Positions 9,147 through 18,694 of a stretch of DNA of 24,123 nucleotides are shown one piece after another; positions within the stretch are counted from its first letter, which is position 1; each line of letters begins with the position of its first letter. The position numbers were made by a program, and so were the translations under genes. The DNA is from Nitrososphaerota archaeon. Its GTDB lineage: Archaea; Thermoproteota; Nitrososphaeria; Nitrososphaerales; UBA57. The notes under the pieces were generated by a model, which worked only from the letters and a program-made list of their open reading frames with translations, ran no database searches and was not told where the DNA came from. The stretch lies in contig JACAFS010000011.1 of assembly GCA_013378385.1 (NCBI GenBank), positions 1 to 24,123 on the forward strand, written 5' to 3'.

Positions 9147-9458
9147 CTACAAGTCCTTTGGAAGATGTCCTTGTGCTTGAAGCCATTCAACTTGTCCAAT
9201 AGTATATCTCCAAAGTATGTCTCCGCGTTCGTCAACTTTAAAGTCCCATGGAGCAATTATGACAACGTCGTTATCACGAATCCAGACTCGACGTTTTAGT
9301 TTACCGCGTATTCGTCCAATACGAATTTTATCGTCTGCGCATTTTATTTGAATTAACTCACTTCCTAAATGCTTGATAACACGACCAAACATTTCTCCCT
9401 CCTGTGGCAGAACTACGTCTTTAAGTGACTTTTCGTTTAGAACTTTCCGCTTACCCAT
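9147..9458 (-). CDS. eif1a: Translation initiation factor aIF-1A
   Basis: 103 aa S1/OB-fold protein with the motifs GRIRGKLKRRVWIRDNDVVIIAPWDF and GDILWRY. Confidence 0.9.
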   Translation of the reverse strand: MGKRKVLNEKSLKDVVLPQEGEMFGRVIKHLGSELIQIKCADDKIRIGRIRGKLKRRVWIRDNDVVIIAPWDFKVDERGDILWRYTIGQVEWLQAQGHLPKDL

Positions 9459-9495
9459 TAAATCATATTATATTGGGAAAATTATTACTTAAACT

Positions 9496-9807
9496 CTATT
9501 GTGTGAATTTATAAATTAGAACAAATGAAATATTTTCAATAGATTTAATGGAATCAGGAGATGTTAAATCCAATTCAATAGCTAAATCAACGATATTATT
9601 TCCGACTAGATTTAACGTATTAGAAGTTTTTAATAATTCAATGGCCTTATTTTCGTCAATTTGAGTTCCGCCGAAATAATCCTCAGAAATTTCAATCTCA
9701 AATTCCCCTTCAGAAAGAGTTTTACCAATAACCTCAAGATCACAGATATTGACAATATTGGCTTCATTATTTTTAATGGAACGAAAATGAAATGAGTTAG
9801 AAGGCAT
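9496..9807 (-). CDS. DUF424-like small archaeal protein of unknown function
   Basis: The pattern ICD.E.IGK..SEGE....S..YFGG......A..LL......NLVG..IV..AIE matches my recollection of the DUF424 family. I prefer ATG 9807 (MPSNSF...), 1 nt after the aIF-2beta stop. The ORF-track start at 9840 would overlap aIF-2beta by 32 nt. Confidence 0.65.
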   Translation of the reverse strand: MPSNSFHFRSIKNNEANIVNICDLEVIGKTLSEGEFEIEISEDYFGGTQIDENKAIELLKTSNTLNLVGNNIVDLAIELDLTSPDSIKSIENISFVLIYKFTQ

Positions 9808-9808
9808 A

Positions 9809-10231
9809 TTATCTTGAACCTGCAGTTGTTTTTGCTCCACAGGCTTCGCAATTAATGAAATATAGTCGTTTGACTTTTTCTAGAGATGTATCATAACTAT
9901 TGCAAACAGAACAATTAACGTATTGACGTATATAGCGTTTAAGTATGAAATCAAATGAATCGGGAGTTTTTCGACCAATAAAAATAGCCCTATCTCCATC
10001 AAGCGATGCAGAAGTGGCAAGTTCTTTTGATAGAAACATCAAGAAATGCTCAGAAGTTCGCCTCAATAATTTAGGATATAATGAAAAATTTCTAAAGAAT
10101 GTTTTTTGACCAATCCAAAAGGTCTCGGCTTTAGGAATTTCAATTCTATCTTTTTTCTTAACTTCAACTTTAGATAACTCGCCTTCAATTCTTGTTAAGA
10201 GCTTTTCATAAGAATCGTCTTTCATTATCAT
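9809..10231 (-). CDS. eif2b: Translation initiation factor aIF-2 beta subunit
   Basis: It has the C-terminal eIF2beta/eIF5 zinc ribbon (CSVCNSYDT...CEACGA). I placed the start at MIMKDDSYEKLL (10231; 10225 is also possible). The track's 20-aa N-terminal extension is hydrophobic junk that overlaps the divergent promoter. Confidence 0.85.
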   Translation of the reverse strand: MIMKDDSYEKLLTRIEGELSKVEVKKKDRIEIPKAETFWIGQKTFFRNFSLYPKLLRRTSEHFLMFLSKELATSASLDGDRAIFIGRKTPDSFDFILKRYIRQYVNCSVCNSYDTSLEKVKRLYFINCEACGAKTTAGSR

Positions 10232-10311
10232 ATGAAGATAAGGACAAAAGAATATAATTGTTTCCAATTGAATGCGAATAATTATATGCAAAGTATTACT
10301 TGATATGAATC
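10232..10311. promoter_or_regulatory. Divergent promoter region for aIF-2beta (minus) and apt (plus)
   Basis: Two TATA-like elements are present. CAATTATATTC (minus strand, about 10246-10260) lies about 25 nt from ATG 10231. AATAATTATATGC (about 10277-10289) lies about 25-30 nt from ATG 10312. Confidence 0.35.
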
Positions 10312-10821
10312 ATGAATATACGAGACATAATCAAAGATTACCCAGACTATCCAAAACAAGGCATAATATTCAAAGATATGTGGCCAGTATTAGATAATCC
10401 AGATGCATTTCAATATATTCTAGAAGAATTTGAGAGGGAATTTGAAGGAAAGATTGATACGGTAATAGGAATAGAATCAAGAGGATTTGTATTTGGAGCT
10501 GCTTTGGCAAATAGATTAAAAATTAGTTTCATACCAATAAGGAAGAAAGGAAAACTTCCTGGAGAGACTATTTCTAGAGATTTTGAATTAGAATATGGAA
10601 CTGCTTCTATTGAGATAAAAAATGAATCACTAAAAGATAGAAATATTCTAGTCATAGATGATTTATTAGCAACAGGTGGAACAGTAGAAGCTGCAATAAA
10701 GATGATAGAAACATTAAATGGAAATATAATTGGATTAGGATTTTTAATTGAGCTAAAATTTCTTAATGCGAGAAAGATTTTATCAGAGTATAAAATATTT
10801 TCAATAGTAGGATATGATTAA
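10312..10821 (+). CDS. apt: Adenine phosphoribosyltransferase
   Basis: 169 aa with the PRPP-binding loop ILVIDDLLATGGT and APRT-like flanks (GIESRGFVFGAALA). Confidence 0.9.
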   Translation: MNIRDIIKDYPDYPKQGIIFKDMWPVLDNPDAFQYILEEFEREFEGKIDTVIGIESRGFVFGAALANRLKISFIPIRKKGKLPGETISRDFELEYGTASIEIKNESLKDRNILVIDDLLATGGTVEAAIKMIETLNGNIIGLGFLIELKFLNARKILSEYKIFSIVGYD

Positions 10822-11605
10822 TATGGATACAGAGATTGCAATAATTGGCGGAACAGGAATTTATAATACTGATATAATTTCAAACAAGGAGATAGTAGAT
10901 GTAGAGACCCCATATGGAAAAACTTCAGATTCATTAACAATAGGAGAATTTAATGAGAAGAAGATAGTATTTCTTCCAAGACATGGAAAGAAACACAGTG
11001 TTCCTCCGCATAAAATTAATTTTCGTGCAAATATATGGGCATTAAAGGAACTAGGAGTGAAGAGAATAATTGCTCCATGTGCAGTTGGAAGTTTAAGAGA
11101 AGAAATGAAACCAGGGCACATAGCAATACCTGATCAATTCATAGATAGAACAAAGGATAGAGATAGTACATTTTATGACCAAGGTACTGTAGCGCATATA
11201 TCAACTGCAGACCCATTTTGTCCAGATCTTAGAAACTTGGCAATTTCAGCAGGTAAGAAATTAAATTATAACATTCATGGTAAAGCTACACAAGTATGCA
11301 TTGAAGGTCCTAGATTTTCAACAAGAGCGGAATCAAACATGTTCAGAAGTTGGGGAGCAGATACAATAAATATGACGCTATTTCCTGAATGTGTCCTAGC
11401 GAGAGAATCACAGATTTGTTACTTGGCAATTGCTACAATTACAGATTATGATGTATGGGCTGAAACAGCAGTTTCCCATCATGAGGTATTGAAAACATTA
11501 GAAAAGAATGTAGAGAAAACCAGCAGTATAATTCAGAATATCATTCCAGAAATTAATAAAAATAGGGATTGTTTATGTGCAAATGCTTTGGATGAAGCAA
11601 TTTAA
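10814..11605 (+). CDS. mtnP: S-methyl-5'-thioadenosine phosphorylase (MTAP, PNP family)
   Basis: 263 aa with IAIIGGTGIY, FLPRHG..H..PPH.INFRANIWALKELG, and MTLFPE.VLARE. It overlaps the apt stop by 8 nt. An alternative ATG lies at 10823. Confidence 0.9.
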   Translation: MINMDTEIAIIGGTGIYNTDIISNKEIVDVETPYGKTSDSLTIGEFNEKKIVFLPRHGKKHSVPPHKINFRANIWALKELGVKRIIAPCAVGSLREEMKPGHIAIPDQFIDRTKDRDSTFYDQGTVAHISTADPFCPDLRNLAISAGKKLNYNIHGKATQVCIEGPRFSTRAESNMFRSWGADTINMTLFPECVLARESQICYLAIATITDYDVWAETAVSHHEVLKTLEKNVEKTSSIIQNIIPEINKNRDCLCANALDEAI

Positions 11606-11651
11606 ATAAAAGAAATGAATATTTCTTGTAGGAATAATGTGAGAATAATAA

Positions 11652-12893
11652 ATGAGTAAAATTACAGATAAAAAATTAGCGGAAAAAGGTAGAAAATCAT
11701 ATGAATGGGCACGAAATAATATGCCAGGGCTTGTTACAACAATTAACAATACTGCGAAGAATTTTTCATTTGATGGAACAAAAATTGCAGTATGTCTACA
11801 TGTAACAAAAGAAACATCAGTATTGGCAATGGGACTAAAGGAGTTAGGAGCAGATGTTTATCTTGCAGGTGCTAATCCATTATCAACACAAGATGATATT
11901 GCAGCATATCTTGATTCAGAAGGAATTAATGTTTTTGCATGGAAAGGACAAAATGATAAAGAATATCAAGAATGTATAGATGAAATATTAGAGGCAGAAC
12001 CTGAAATCATAATGGATGATGGTTCCGATGCACACATTACACTACATCAGAATAGTAAATTTGAAAAGCTCAATGTAATAGGGGGAACGGAAGAGACAAC
12101 TACAGGGGTCGTAAGATTAGAAGCATTAGAAAAAAGTGGTAAATTAAAATATCCAATTATAGCGGTAAATAATGCATATACCAAACATCTATTTGATAAT
12201 CGTTATGGAACAGGTCAAAGTACATTTGATGGGATTTTAAGATCTACTGCGTTATTAATGGCGGGTAAGAAAATCACTGTCTGTGGATATGGATGGGTAG
12301 GAAGAGGAATAGCAGCAAGAGCAAAAGGTTTAGGAGGAATAGTTTCCGTTTCTGAGATTAATCCAATAAGAGCAATAGAAGCAGTAATGGACGGATTTCA
12401 AGTAAAACCAATTAATGAATTAGCTAAAGAATCAGACATCTTTGTTACAGCGACTGGACAGAAACATGTAATTGATAGCAATAGTATCAAGAATATGAAA
12501 GATGGTGCAATATTAGCAAATGCAGGGCATTTTGACCTAGAAATAGATGTAAAATTTCTACAGAGCGTAGCAAAGAATGTCAAAGTCATTAGAGATAATT
12601 TAGAAGAATATCAGTTAGAGAATGGAACAAAAATAGTATTAATTGCAAAAGGAAGAATTGCAAATCTAGTAGCTGCAGAAGGACATCCGCCAGAAGTTAT
12701 GTCAATGTCATTTTCAAATCAACTTTTAGGTGCTGTGAAAATTAAAATAGATCATGAAAAGTTAGAAGGGTTGATAGACATGCCAAAAGAAATCGATGAC
12801 AAAGTAGCTAGATATGCACTACAGGGTATGAACATAAATATTGATACACAAACGCAAGAACAAAAAGACTATGGCGAGTCATATATAATATAA
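11652..12893 (+). CDS. ahcY: Adenosylhomocysteinase (SAH hydrolase)
   Basis: 413 aa of the archaeal short type. It has the NAD-binding segment GYGWVGRGIA, plus GGTEETTTGV and HFDLEID. Confidence 0.95.
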   Translation: MSKITDKKLAEKGRKSYEWARNNMPGLVTTINNTAKNFSFDGTKIAVCLHVTKETSVLAMGLKELGADVYLAGANPLSTQDDIAAYLDSEGINVFAWKGQNDKEYQECIDEILEAEPEIIMDDGSDAHITLHQNSKFEKLNVIGGTEETTTGVVRLEALEKSGKLKYPIIAVNNAYTKHLFDNRYGTGQSTFDGILRSTALLMAGKKITVCGYGWVGRGIAARAKGLGGIVSVSEINPIRAIEAVMDGFQVKPINELAKESDIFVTATGQKHVIDSNSIKNMKDGAILANAGHFDLEIDVKFLQSVAKNVKVIRDNLEEYQLENGTKIVLIAKGRIANLVAAEGHPPEVMSMSFSNQLLGAVKIKIDHEKLEGLIDMPKEIDDKVARYALQGMNINIDTQTQEQKDYGESYII

Positions 12894-14105
12894 CTAGGGA
12901 AGATAAGGAAGAAGAAACATAGACAGAATTAAGGCAAGTATAGAGATAGAAACCAATCTACTAATATAGTTAATATTATTCTGAGATAATTTATTTCCAG
13001 CAACAGATTTTAACCCGCGTTTAAATGCTTGACCTCCGTCCAATGGTCCAAGAGGAAGTGAGTTAAAAATACCCAAATTAAAATTAATAAACCATATCCA
13101 GAAAAGTAGATTTGAGAATACAATGTATTGATTTCCTAGACTAGACGTGTAAAAGTTTTGCATAGAAGTTGAAAAAGGTATAGAATAACTATCACCTGAG
13201 GGATAGGAGAAATACAGCAACAGATCAGTGGAAAAAGAGAGTCCATTTTGGTATCTATGCAAAGAATCATTTATGTCAACAGAGGGCCTCATTATTCCGA
13301 TAAAAGGTTCTTCGGGATTTTCTGGGCGACTAGAAAGAATTATTGAATAATCATATTGAACTGATTGTCTCTGAACTGTAAGAATAATCTCATCGCCGGG
13401 GCTGAGATTATTAAAGTTCTGTGAAAAGACAGCGGAATCATCGACGGGAATACCATTAAAATGAGTAATAATATCGCCAGGGAGTAGTCCGGCCATATTG
13501 GCAGGTGAATCAACAACAATTTTACTAACAGGAAGGCCATCAGCTACAGGTTCCATCGTATTGACAACGCCAACTAAAAGAATTAAGGCCATAAGTCCAA
13601 CGACAATATTACTTCCAGCGCCAGCGGCAATTATACGACCTGATTTTTTGAAAGATACTGAATCTAGTTTGGTATCGTCAACTTCGACAAATGCGCCAAT
13701 TGGCAAGAATAGAAAGAACATTATTCCTGAAGAACGTACAGGAATGTCTACAGCTCTAGCAATTACACCATGAGAAAGTTCATGAATTACAAGGCCTATG
13801 AATATAGCTATCCAACCATAAATTATTGGAAGGTATGGGTTTATTCCAGGAATTAACAAGGCGCCTTGTGGGCCTGTTTCACGAGCAATTTCACGTACCT
13901 CAGGAAAAGACAAGTATAAAGAAGCAGTTAACAATAGTATAGAAACAGCAAGAATTGAGAAAATAGGCATGAGAATAAGAGATATCCAACTTAAAATCGA
14001 TATAAAACGGAATTTAGAAAGTTTTTCTAGTAAACTTTGACCTTTCTGAGTTTTTATGATTATTAGAGGAAAACGAAAATCAAAGTTAGAGTTTTTATCT
14101 TCCAT
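12894..14105 (-). CDS. M50 family site-2 metalloprotease with an inserted PDZ domain
   Basis: 403 aa and polytopic. It has HELSHG, a PDZ-like segment (GLLPGDIITHFNGIPV) and a distal NSLPLGPLDGG motif. Confidence 0.85.
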   Translation of the reverse strand: MEDKNSNFDFRFPLIIIKTQKGQSLLEKLSKFRFISILSWISLILMPIFSILAVSILLLTASLYLSFPEVREIARETGPQGALLIPGINPYLPIIYGWIAIFIGLVIHELSHGVIARAVDIPVRSSGIMFFLFLPIGAFVEVDDTKLDSVSFKKSGRIIAAGAGSNIVVGLMALILLVGVVNTMEPVADGLPVSKIVVDSPANMAGLLPGDIITHFNGIPVDDSAVFSQNFNNLSPGDEIILTVQRQSVQYDYSIILSSRPENPEEPFIGIMRPSVDINDSLHRYQNGLSFSTDLLLYFSYPSGDSYSIPFSTSMQNFYTSSLGNQYIVFSNLLFWIWFINFNLGIFNSLPLGPLDGGQAFKRGLKSVAGNKLSQNNINYISRLVSISILALILSMFLLPYLP

Positions 14106-14211
14106 AGGTTATTGAGCAATTTGGAAGGTATAAAAGATTAATTAGAAAAAGAATATTTTACCAGCATAGAGAATAATCAATAAATATTCGGACAGATTAT
14201 AAAATAGCATA

Positions 14212-14511
14212 TTGAAGATACCAGTAAGGCGTTGGGAAGGAAAATCAAGAAAATGGCTCGATGAACTCGACGGAGTGATAAGAGTTCCAGCAAAAATGAG
14301 TCAAACCTCAGGCATGGATGAAGAGGATCTCAAATATGCCACTATGTGTGTAATGTGTGAAAAGAGAATAACGAAACAACAAATGGATGGCGGAAGGAGA
14401 ACCTACTGGAACGAAGGAATAAGTAATGGAAGATTAATCAAAGAAGGCTGGATTCATCAAGAATGTTTAGGATTTAATTCCGGTGTTTATGAGAAGGCAT
14501 ATATGCCATAA
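14212..14511 (+). CDS. Hypothetical small protein with a CxxC...HxxC motif
   Basis: 99 aa if TTG 14212 is used, or 71 aa from the first in-frame ATG at 14296. The metal-binding-like pair is CVMCEK...HQEC. No family was recognised. Confidence 0.45.
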   Translation: MKIPVRRWEGKSRKWLDELDGVIRVPAKMSQTSGMDEEDLKYATMCVMCEKRITKQQMDGGRRTYWNEGISNGRLIKEGWIHQECLGFNSGVYEKAYMP

Positions 14512-14826
14512 TTAAACAGATTCATTAATTTTATCGTTTATTTGTTTAGACATAGCATGTCCCGACACAATCACTTTAACACTTCCAATTTTATCCATTT
14601 GTTCGACACTTTTTTTGATATCCATGGAAATTTGTAAAGCAAAAACTGGAGGACAGTAAGGAGTTGTTGCATGGTATTTGACTTCAACGGAATTATCTTC
14701 AGAAATGTTAACCTCATCAATCAAACCATTACCTTCGCCCATTTCAAGAATGGGAACGTTAATTTCTGGATCTACTACCTCTGACATTGCTTCTAAGACA
14801 TCATCTTCAGAAAAGTCGTGTGGCAT
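14512..14826 (-). CDS. DUF59/MIP18-family protein (Fe-S cluster assembly-associated, SufT/PaaD-like)
   Basis: 104 aa with the pattern V.EAMSEVVDPEINVPILEMG...YHATTPYCP...V.V.V, typical of DUF59. It lies 15 nt downstream of the ferredoxin gene. Confidence 0.8.
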   Translation of the reverse strand: MPHDFSEDDVLEAMSEVVDPEINVPILEMGEGNGLIDEVNISEDNSVEVKYHATTPYCPPVFALQISMDIKKSVEQMDKIGSVKVIVSGHAMSKQINDKINESV

Positions 14827-14841
14827 TAGACAGGGACCTGA

Positions 14842-15420
<579 letters not shown>

Positions 15421-15454
15421 TTAAACGAATTATTTCAGGTCAAAAGAATAAATT

Positions 15455-16609
15455 TTAACATGAAGGGATTTTTTCCAAAGCTTTTGATATATCGGATTCT
15501 GTAACAGTAAGCGAGAACCTAACATAATTATCGCCAGCATTTCCAAAACCAGAACCCGGAGTAACAACTATTCCGTTATCTAGTAGTTTCATTGCAAAAC
15601 TTTCACAATTTTCATTAACCTTCATCCATAAATAAAATGTTCCAGATGGTATTTTAACTTCATATCCAAGTTTTGATAAACCATCTGAAAGAAGAGACAT
15701 TCTATTTTCATATGTTTTTATATTGTCAAGAATTTCTTTAGGAGGAATGCCATTATTGTAACTATCAAGAGCAGTTGAAGCTGCATGTTGAATGAATTTT
15801 GGTGAACCAGAATCAATTTGATTCTTTATTTTTTTAAGTCCGTCAATCAGATTCTTATTCCCGACAGCAAAACCAATTCTATAACCAGTCATGTTGAAAG
15901 TTTTAGATAGAGAATGAAACTCTATACTATTTTGATGTGCATTGTCACATTGGAGTATAGAAGGAGCTTTATAACCACCATAAGTAATTTCAGAATAAGC
16001 ATTATCATACACTATGATAGAATTTTTTTCATTACAAATATTGACAATATTATTAAGTTCGGAAGTTTGTATAACAGATCCCGTAGGATTGTTAGGATAA
16101 TTCAGATAGATACCGGAAAAATCAGATTCTTGTAATTGAGTGGTTTGCGGGATGTAATTAGATTCTTCAGATAAATCAAGAATCAAAGGTTTAAAGTCAT
16201 TTAACATTGTGCCGCCATGCTCATAGAGGGGATACCCAGGATTAGGTACGGCAATGGTGTCGCCAGAATTTAGAAATGCGCGGAAAATATGGGCCAGTCC
16301 TTCTTTTGAGCCAATTAGAGCACATATTTCTTCGTCAGGATTAAGAGATACATTGAAACGTTTTTCAAACCAAAGAGATATACTATCTCGAAATGATTTT
16401 TCTCCTGCGCTAGATGAATAATTATGATTGCCAGAAATTGAGAGTCCTTCGACTAAAGATTGATTGATGAAATCAGGAGTGGTCAAATCAGGATCTCCAA
16501 TACCAAAACTTATCAGGTCAATCCCTTCTTGGCGTTTTTTAGAGATTAGATTCTCAAGCTTAGCGAAAGGATAGGGCGGAAGAGAATTTAGTCTAGTAGA
16601 AGTTTTCAT
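15455..16609 (-). CDS. Class I PLP aminotransferase. By operon context it is probably the diaminopimelate-pathway aminotransferase (LL-DAP aminotransferase candidate).
   Basis: 384 aa with the PLP-lysine motif SLSKTFNMTGYRIG and NPNNPTG-like YPNNPTG. Its start overlaps the lysA stop as ATGA. Confidence 0.8.
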   Translation of the reverse strand: MKTSTRLNSLPPYPFAKLENLISKKRQEGIDLISFGIGDPDLTTPDFINQSLVEGLSISGNHNYSSSAGEKSFRDSISLWFEKRFNVSLNPDEEICALIGSKEGLAHIFRAFLNSGDTIAVPNPGYPLYEHGGTMLNDFKPLILDLSEESNYIPQTTQLQESDFSGIYLNYPNNPTGSVIQTSELNNIVNICNEKNSIIVYDNAYSEITYGGYKAPSILQCDNAHQNSIEFHSLSKTFNMTGYRIGFAVGNKNLIDGLKKIKNQIDSGSPKFIQHAASTALDSYNNGIPPKEILDNIKTYENRMSLLSDGLSKLGYEVKIPSGTFYLWMKVNENCESFAMKLLDNGIVVTPGSGFGNAGDNYVRFSLTVTESDISKALEKIPSC

Positions 16610-17889
16610 TTAAACCACGTAACAACTTTTTGTCCCTTTATTAAATCATTTATAGTTTCGCGTTGTCGAATTATTTTAGAATATTTTTTATTAATCATTA
16701 CTTCCGCAGCTCGTGGCCTAGTATTATATTGTGAACTCATCGAGAATCCATATGCCCCAACGTTAAGAATTGCTAATAAATCACCTTCTTTTACATTGCC
16801 AATTTTCCGGTTTTTTGCAAGAATGTCCGTATTTTCGCAGATTTGTCCGCAGATGTTTACAGATTCATTACTTCGAGAATTTAGTCTACTGGCATTAACA
16901 ACATGATGATAGGCATCATATAATGCAGGGCGAAGTAATGTATTCATTCCTGCATCTATACCAACATAATTTATTGGGCCTTTTTTGATTGAATGAACGT
17001 TAGTTAATAAAATAGTAGAATCCGCAACAAGATATCTGCCAGGTTCAACATATAGCCAAGGTTTGTCAAGAATCCTAGAAGATTTTCTACCATTAAATAT
17101 TTTACCAATATCGGAACCAACTTTCTTCATATCAAGTGGTTTTTCCGGAGGTTTATACGGAATGCCAAATCCGCCACCAATATTAATGAAATCAAGTGAG
17201 ATTTTGCATTCTTCAACAATTTCGACGGCAATGTCAATCAATTTACTAGTCGCTTTTTTGAAATAAGAGGAATCAAGAATTGATGAGCCAGTCATCATAT
17301 GTATACCGAATTTTTTCACTCCTGATTTTTTTGCAAGACGGTAAGCAGCAACAGCGTCTTTTTTACTCATACCGAATTTAGTGTTTTTTCCACCAAAAAC
17401 CAATACACTATGTGAACCGCTGCCAATTCCAGGATTGATTCTGAAGGAAATGGTATTTGGAGTTCCAATCTTAAGAAGTCGAGGAAGAATAGACGAACTA
17501 TCAACATTAATCATAATTTTTTGTTTTAATGCGTAAGAAAGTTGATCGTCAGAATTATAGTTTCCAGTGTACAAAATATCTTTACTAGAAAAACCAATTT
17601 TTTTAGCAAGGAATATTTCTTCAGGGCAAGAACAGTCAGCGCCACTTCCTAAAGAATTGAATAATTTGAGGACTGAGAGATTATTGTTGGCTTTCACTGC
17701 ATAATTAATCTTGAATTTATCATAATGTGAAGAGAAAGCCGAATAAAGGTTATTATAATTAGAAATAATTCGTTCAGAATCAGTAACGAATAATGGAGTG
17801 CCAAATTTACTGGCGAGTTTGCTAGCACTGACATTTGCAAAGAAAAGTTTTCCATTAATATTTTTTAGAGGAGTTTGTATTTTCCACAT
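16606..17889 (-). CDS. lysA: Diaminopimelate decarboxylase
   Basis: 427 aa fold-type III PLP decarboxylase with YAVKANNNLSVLK, GGGFGIPY and EPGRYLVA. Confidence 0.93.
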   Translation of the reverse strand: MWKIQTPLKNINGKLFFANVSASKLASKFGTPLFVTDSERIISNYNNLYSAFSSHYDKFKINYAVKANNNLSVLKLFNSLGSGADCSCPEEIFLAKKIGFSSKDILYTGNYNSDDQLSYALKQKIMINVDSSSILPRLLKIGTPNTISFRINPGIGSGSHSVLVFGGKNTKFGMSKKDAVAAYRLAKKSGVKKFGIHMMTGSSILDSSYFKKATSKLIDIAVEIVEECKISLDFINIGGGFGIPYKPPEKPLDMKKVGSDIGKIFNGRKSSRILDKPWLYVEPGRYLVADSTILLTNVHSIKKGPINYVGIDAGMNTLLRPALYDAYHHVVNASRLNSRSNESVNICGQICENTDILAKNRKIGNVKEGDLLAILNVGAYGFSMSSQYNTRPRAAEVMINKKYSKIIRQRETINDLIKGQKVVTWFK

Positions 17890-17899
17890 ATTTATTTCA

Positions 17900-18694
17900 C
17901 TAACGAGATATTACATCTTGCATACTATAAATTCGCGGTTCAGAGACATTATGAAGCCAATGAGCTGCAGATAGTGCGCCTCTGGCAAATGCTAATCTAG
18001 AGAATGCAATATGTTCGAGTCTAAGAATTTCATATTGACCGGCAATATTAACCTCATGAATGCCAGGAGTTCCACCTATTCGTTCGGATGTAACTTCAAG
18101 TTCAGATTTTTCGCGTTTTCCATGTTTACTGCGATCAAAGATAAGATTTTCATATCCTTTAGATTCAGAAATTATTTTAGCTAGTGAAAGTGCAGTTCCA
18201 CTAGGTGAGTCGATTTTTTTAGAATGATGTTTTTCATTAATACTTATTTCAAATTCTTCAGGCAATAGTCCAACTAATTCAGATAGTCGATATAGGAAGT
18301 TCATTCCAATAGAGAAATTTGAAGTGATAAGAGATGGGACTTTTTGATCAAGGATAGAAATAAGTTCGGAATATTGTTTTTCAGAAAAGCCAGTCGTGCC
18401 AATGATAATTTTTTTATTGTTTTCTACATAGATAGGTGCATTAACAAGCTCAGAATCAGGAATAGTAGCAGAAATAGTAACATCGGCTTTTGAGATGGCA
18501 GAAGATAAATTGTCAGAACTTGTTATCGGAATGTCAGACTCAATAATACCAAGATCAATTAATGATTTGCCGATATTTGGGCTATTTACTGCTTCGACTG
18601 CTCCGACAATTTCGAAATTTTCGATACTTTCCTGTATAATCGACCTGCCAAGTCTTCCACAAGCGCCAACAATACAGATTTTAGTACGATTCAT
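17900..18694 (-). CDS. dapB: 4-hydroxy-tetrahydrodipicolinate reductase
   Basis: It has an N-terminal Rossmann segment (KICIVGACGRLGRS) and the DapB motifs EKHHSKKIDSPSGTA. I chose the start at MNRTK (18694). The track start at 18706 is also possible. Either overlaps the dapA 3' end. Confidence 0.9.
   Translation of the reverse strand: MNRTKICIVGACGRLGRSIIQESIENFEIVGAVEAVNSPNIGKSLIDLGIIESDIPITSSDNLSSAISKADVTISATIPDSELVNAPIYVENNKKIIIGTTGFSEKQYSELISILDQKVPSLITSNFSIGMNFLYRLSELVGLLPEEFEISINEKHHSKKIDSPSGTALSLAKIISESKGYENLIFDRSKHGKREKSELEVTSERIGGTPGIHEVNIAGQYEILRLEHIAFSRLAFARGALSAAHWLHNVSEPRIYSMQDVISR

Noticed and set aside
10232-10291. N-terminal 20-aa extension of aIF-2beta in the ORF track (MHIIIRIQLETIIFFCPYLH)
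   Set aside because: It is hydrophobic and unlike aIF-2beta N-termini, and it overlaps the predicted TATA boxes of the divergent promoter. The internal ATG gives a protein of about 138-140 aa, the expected size.
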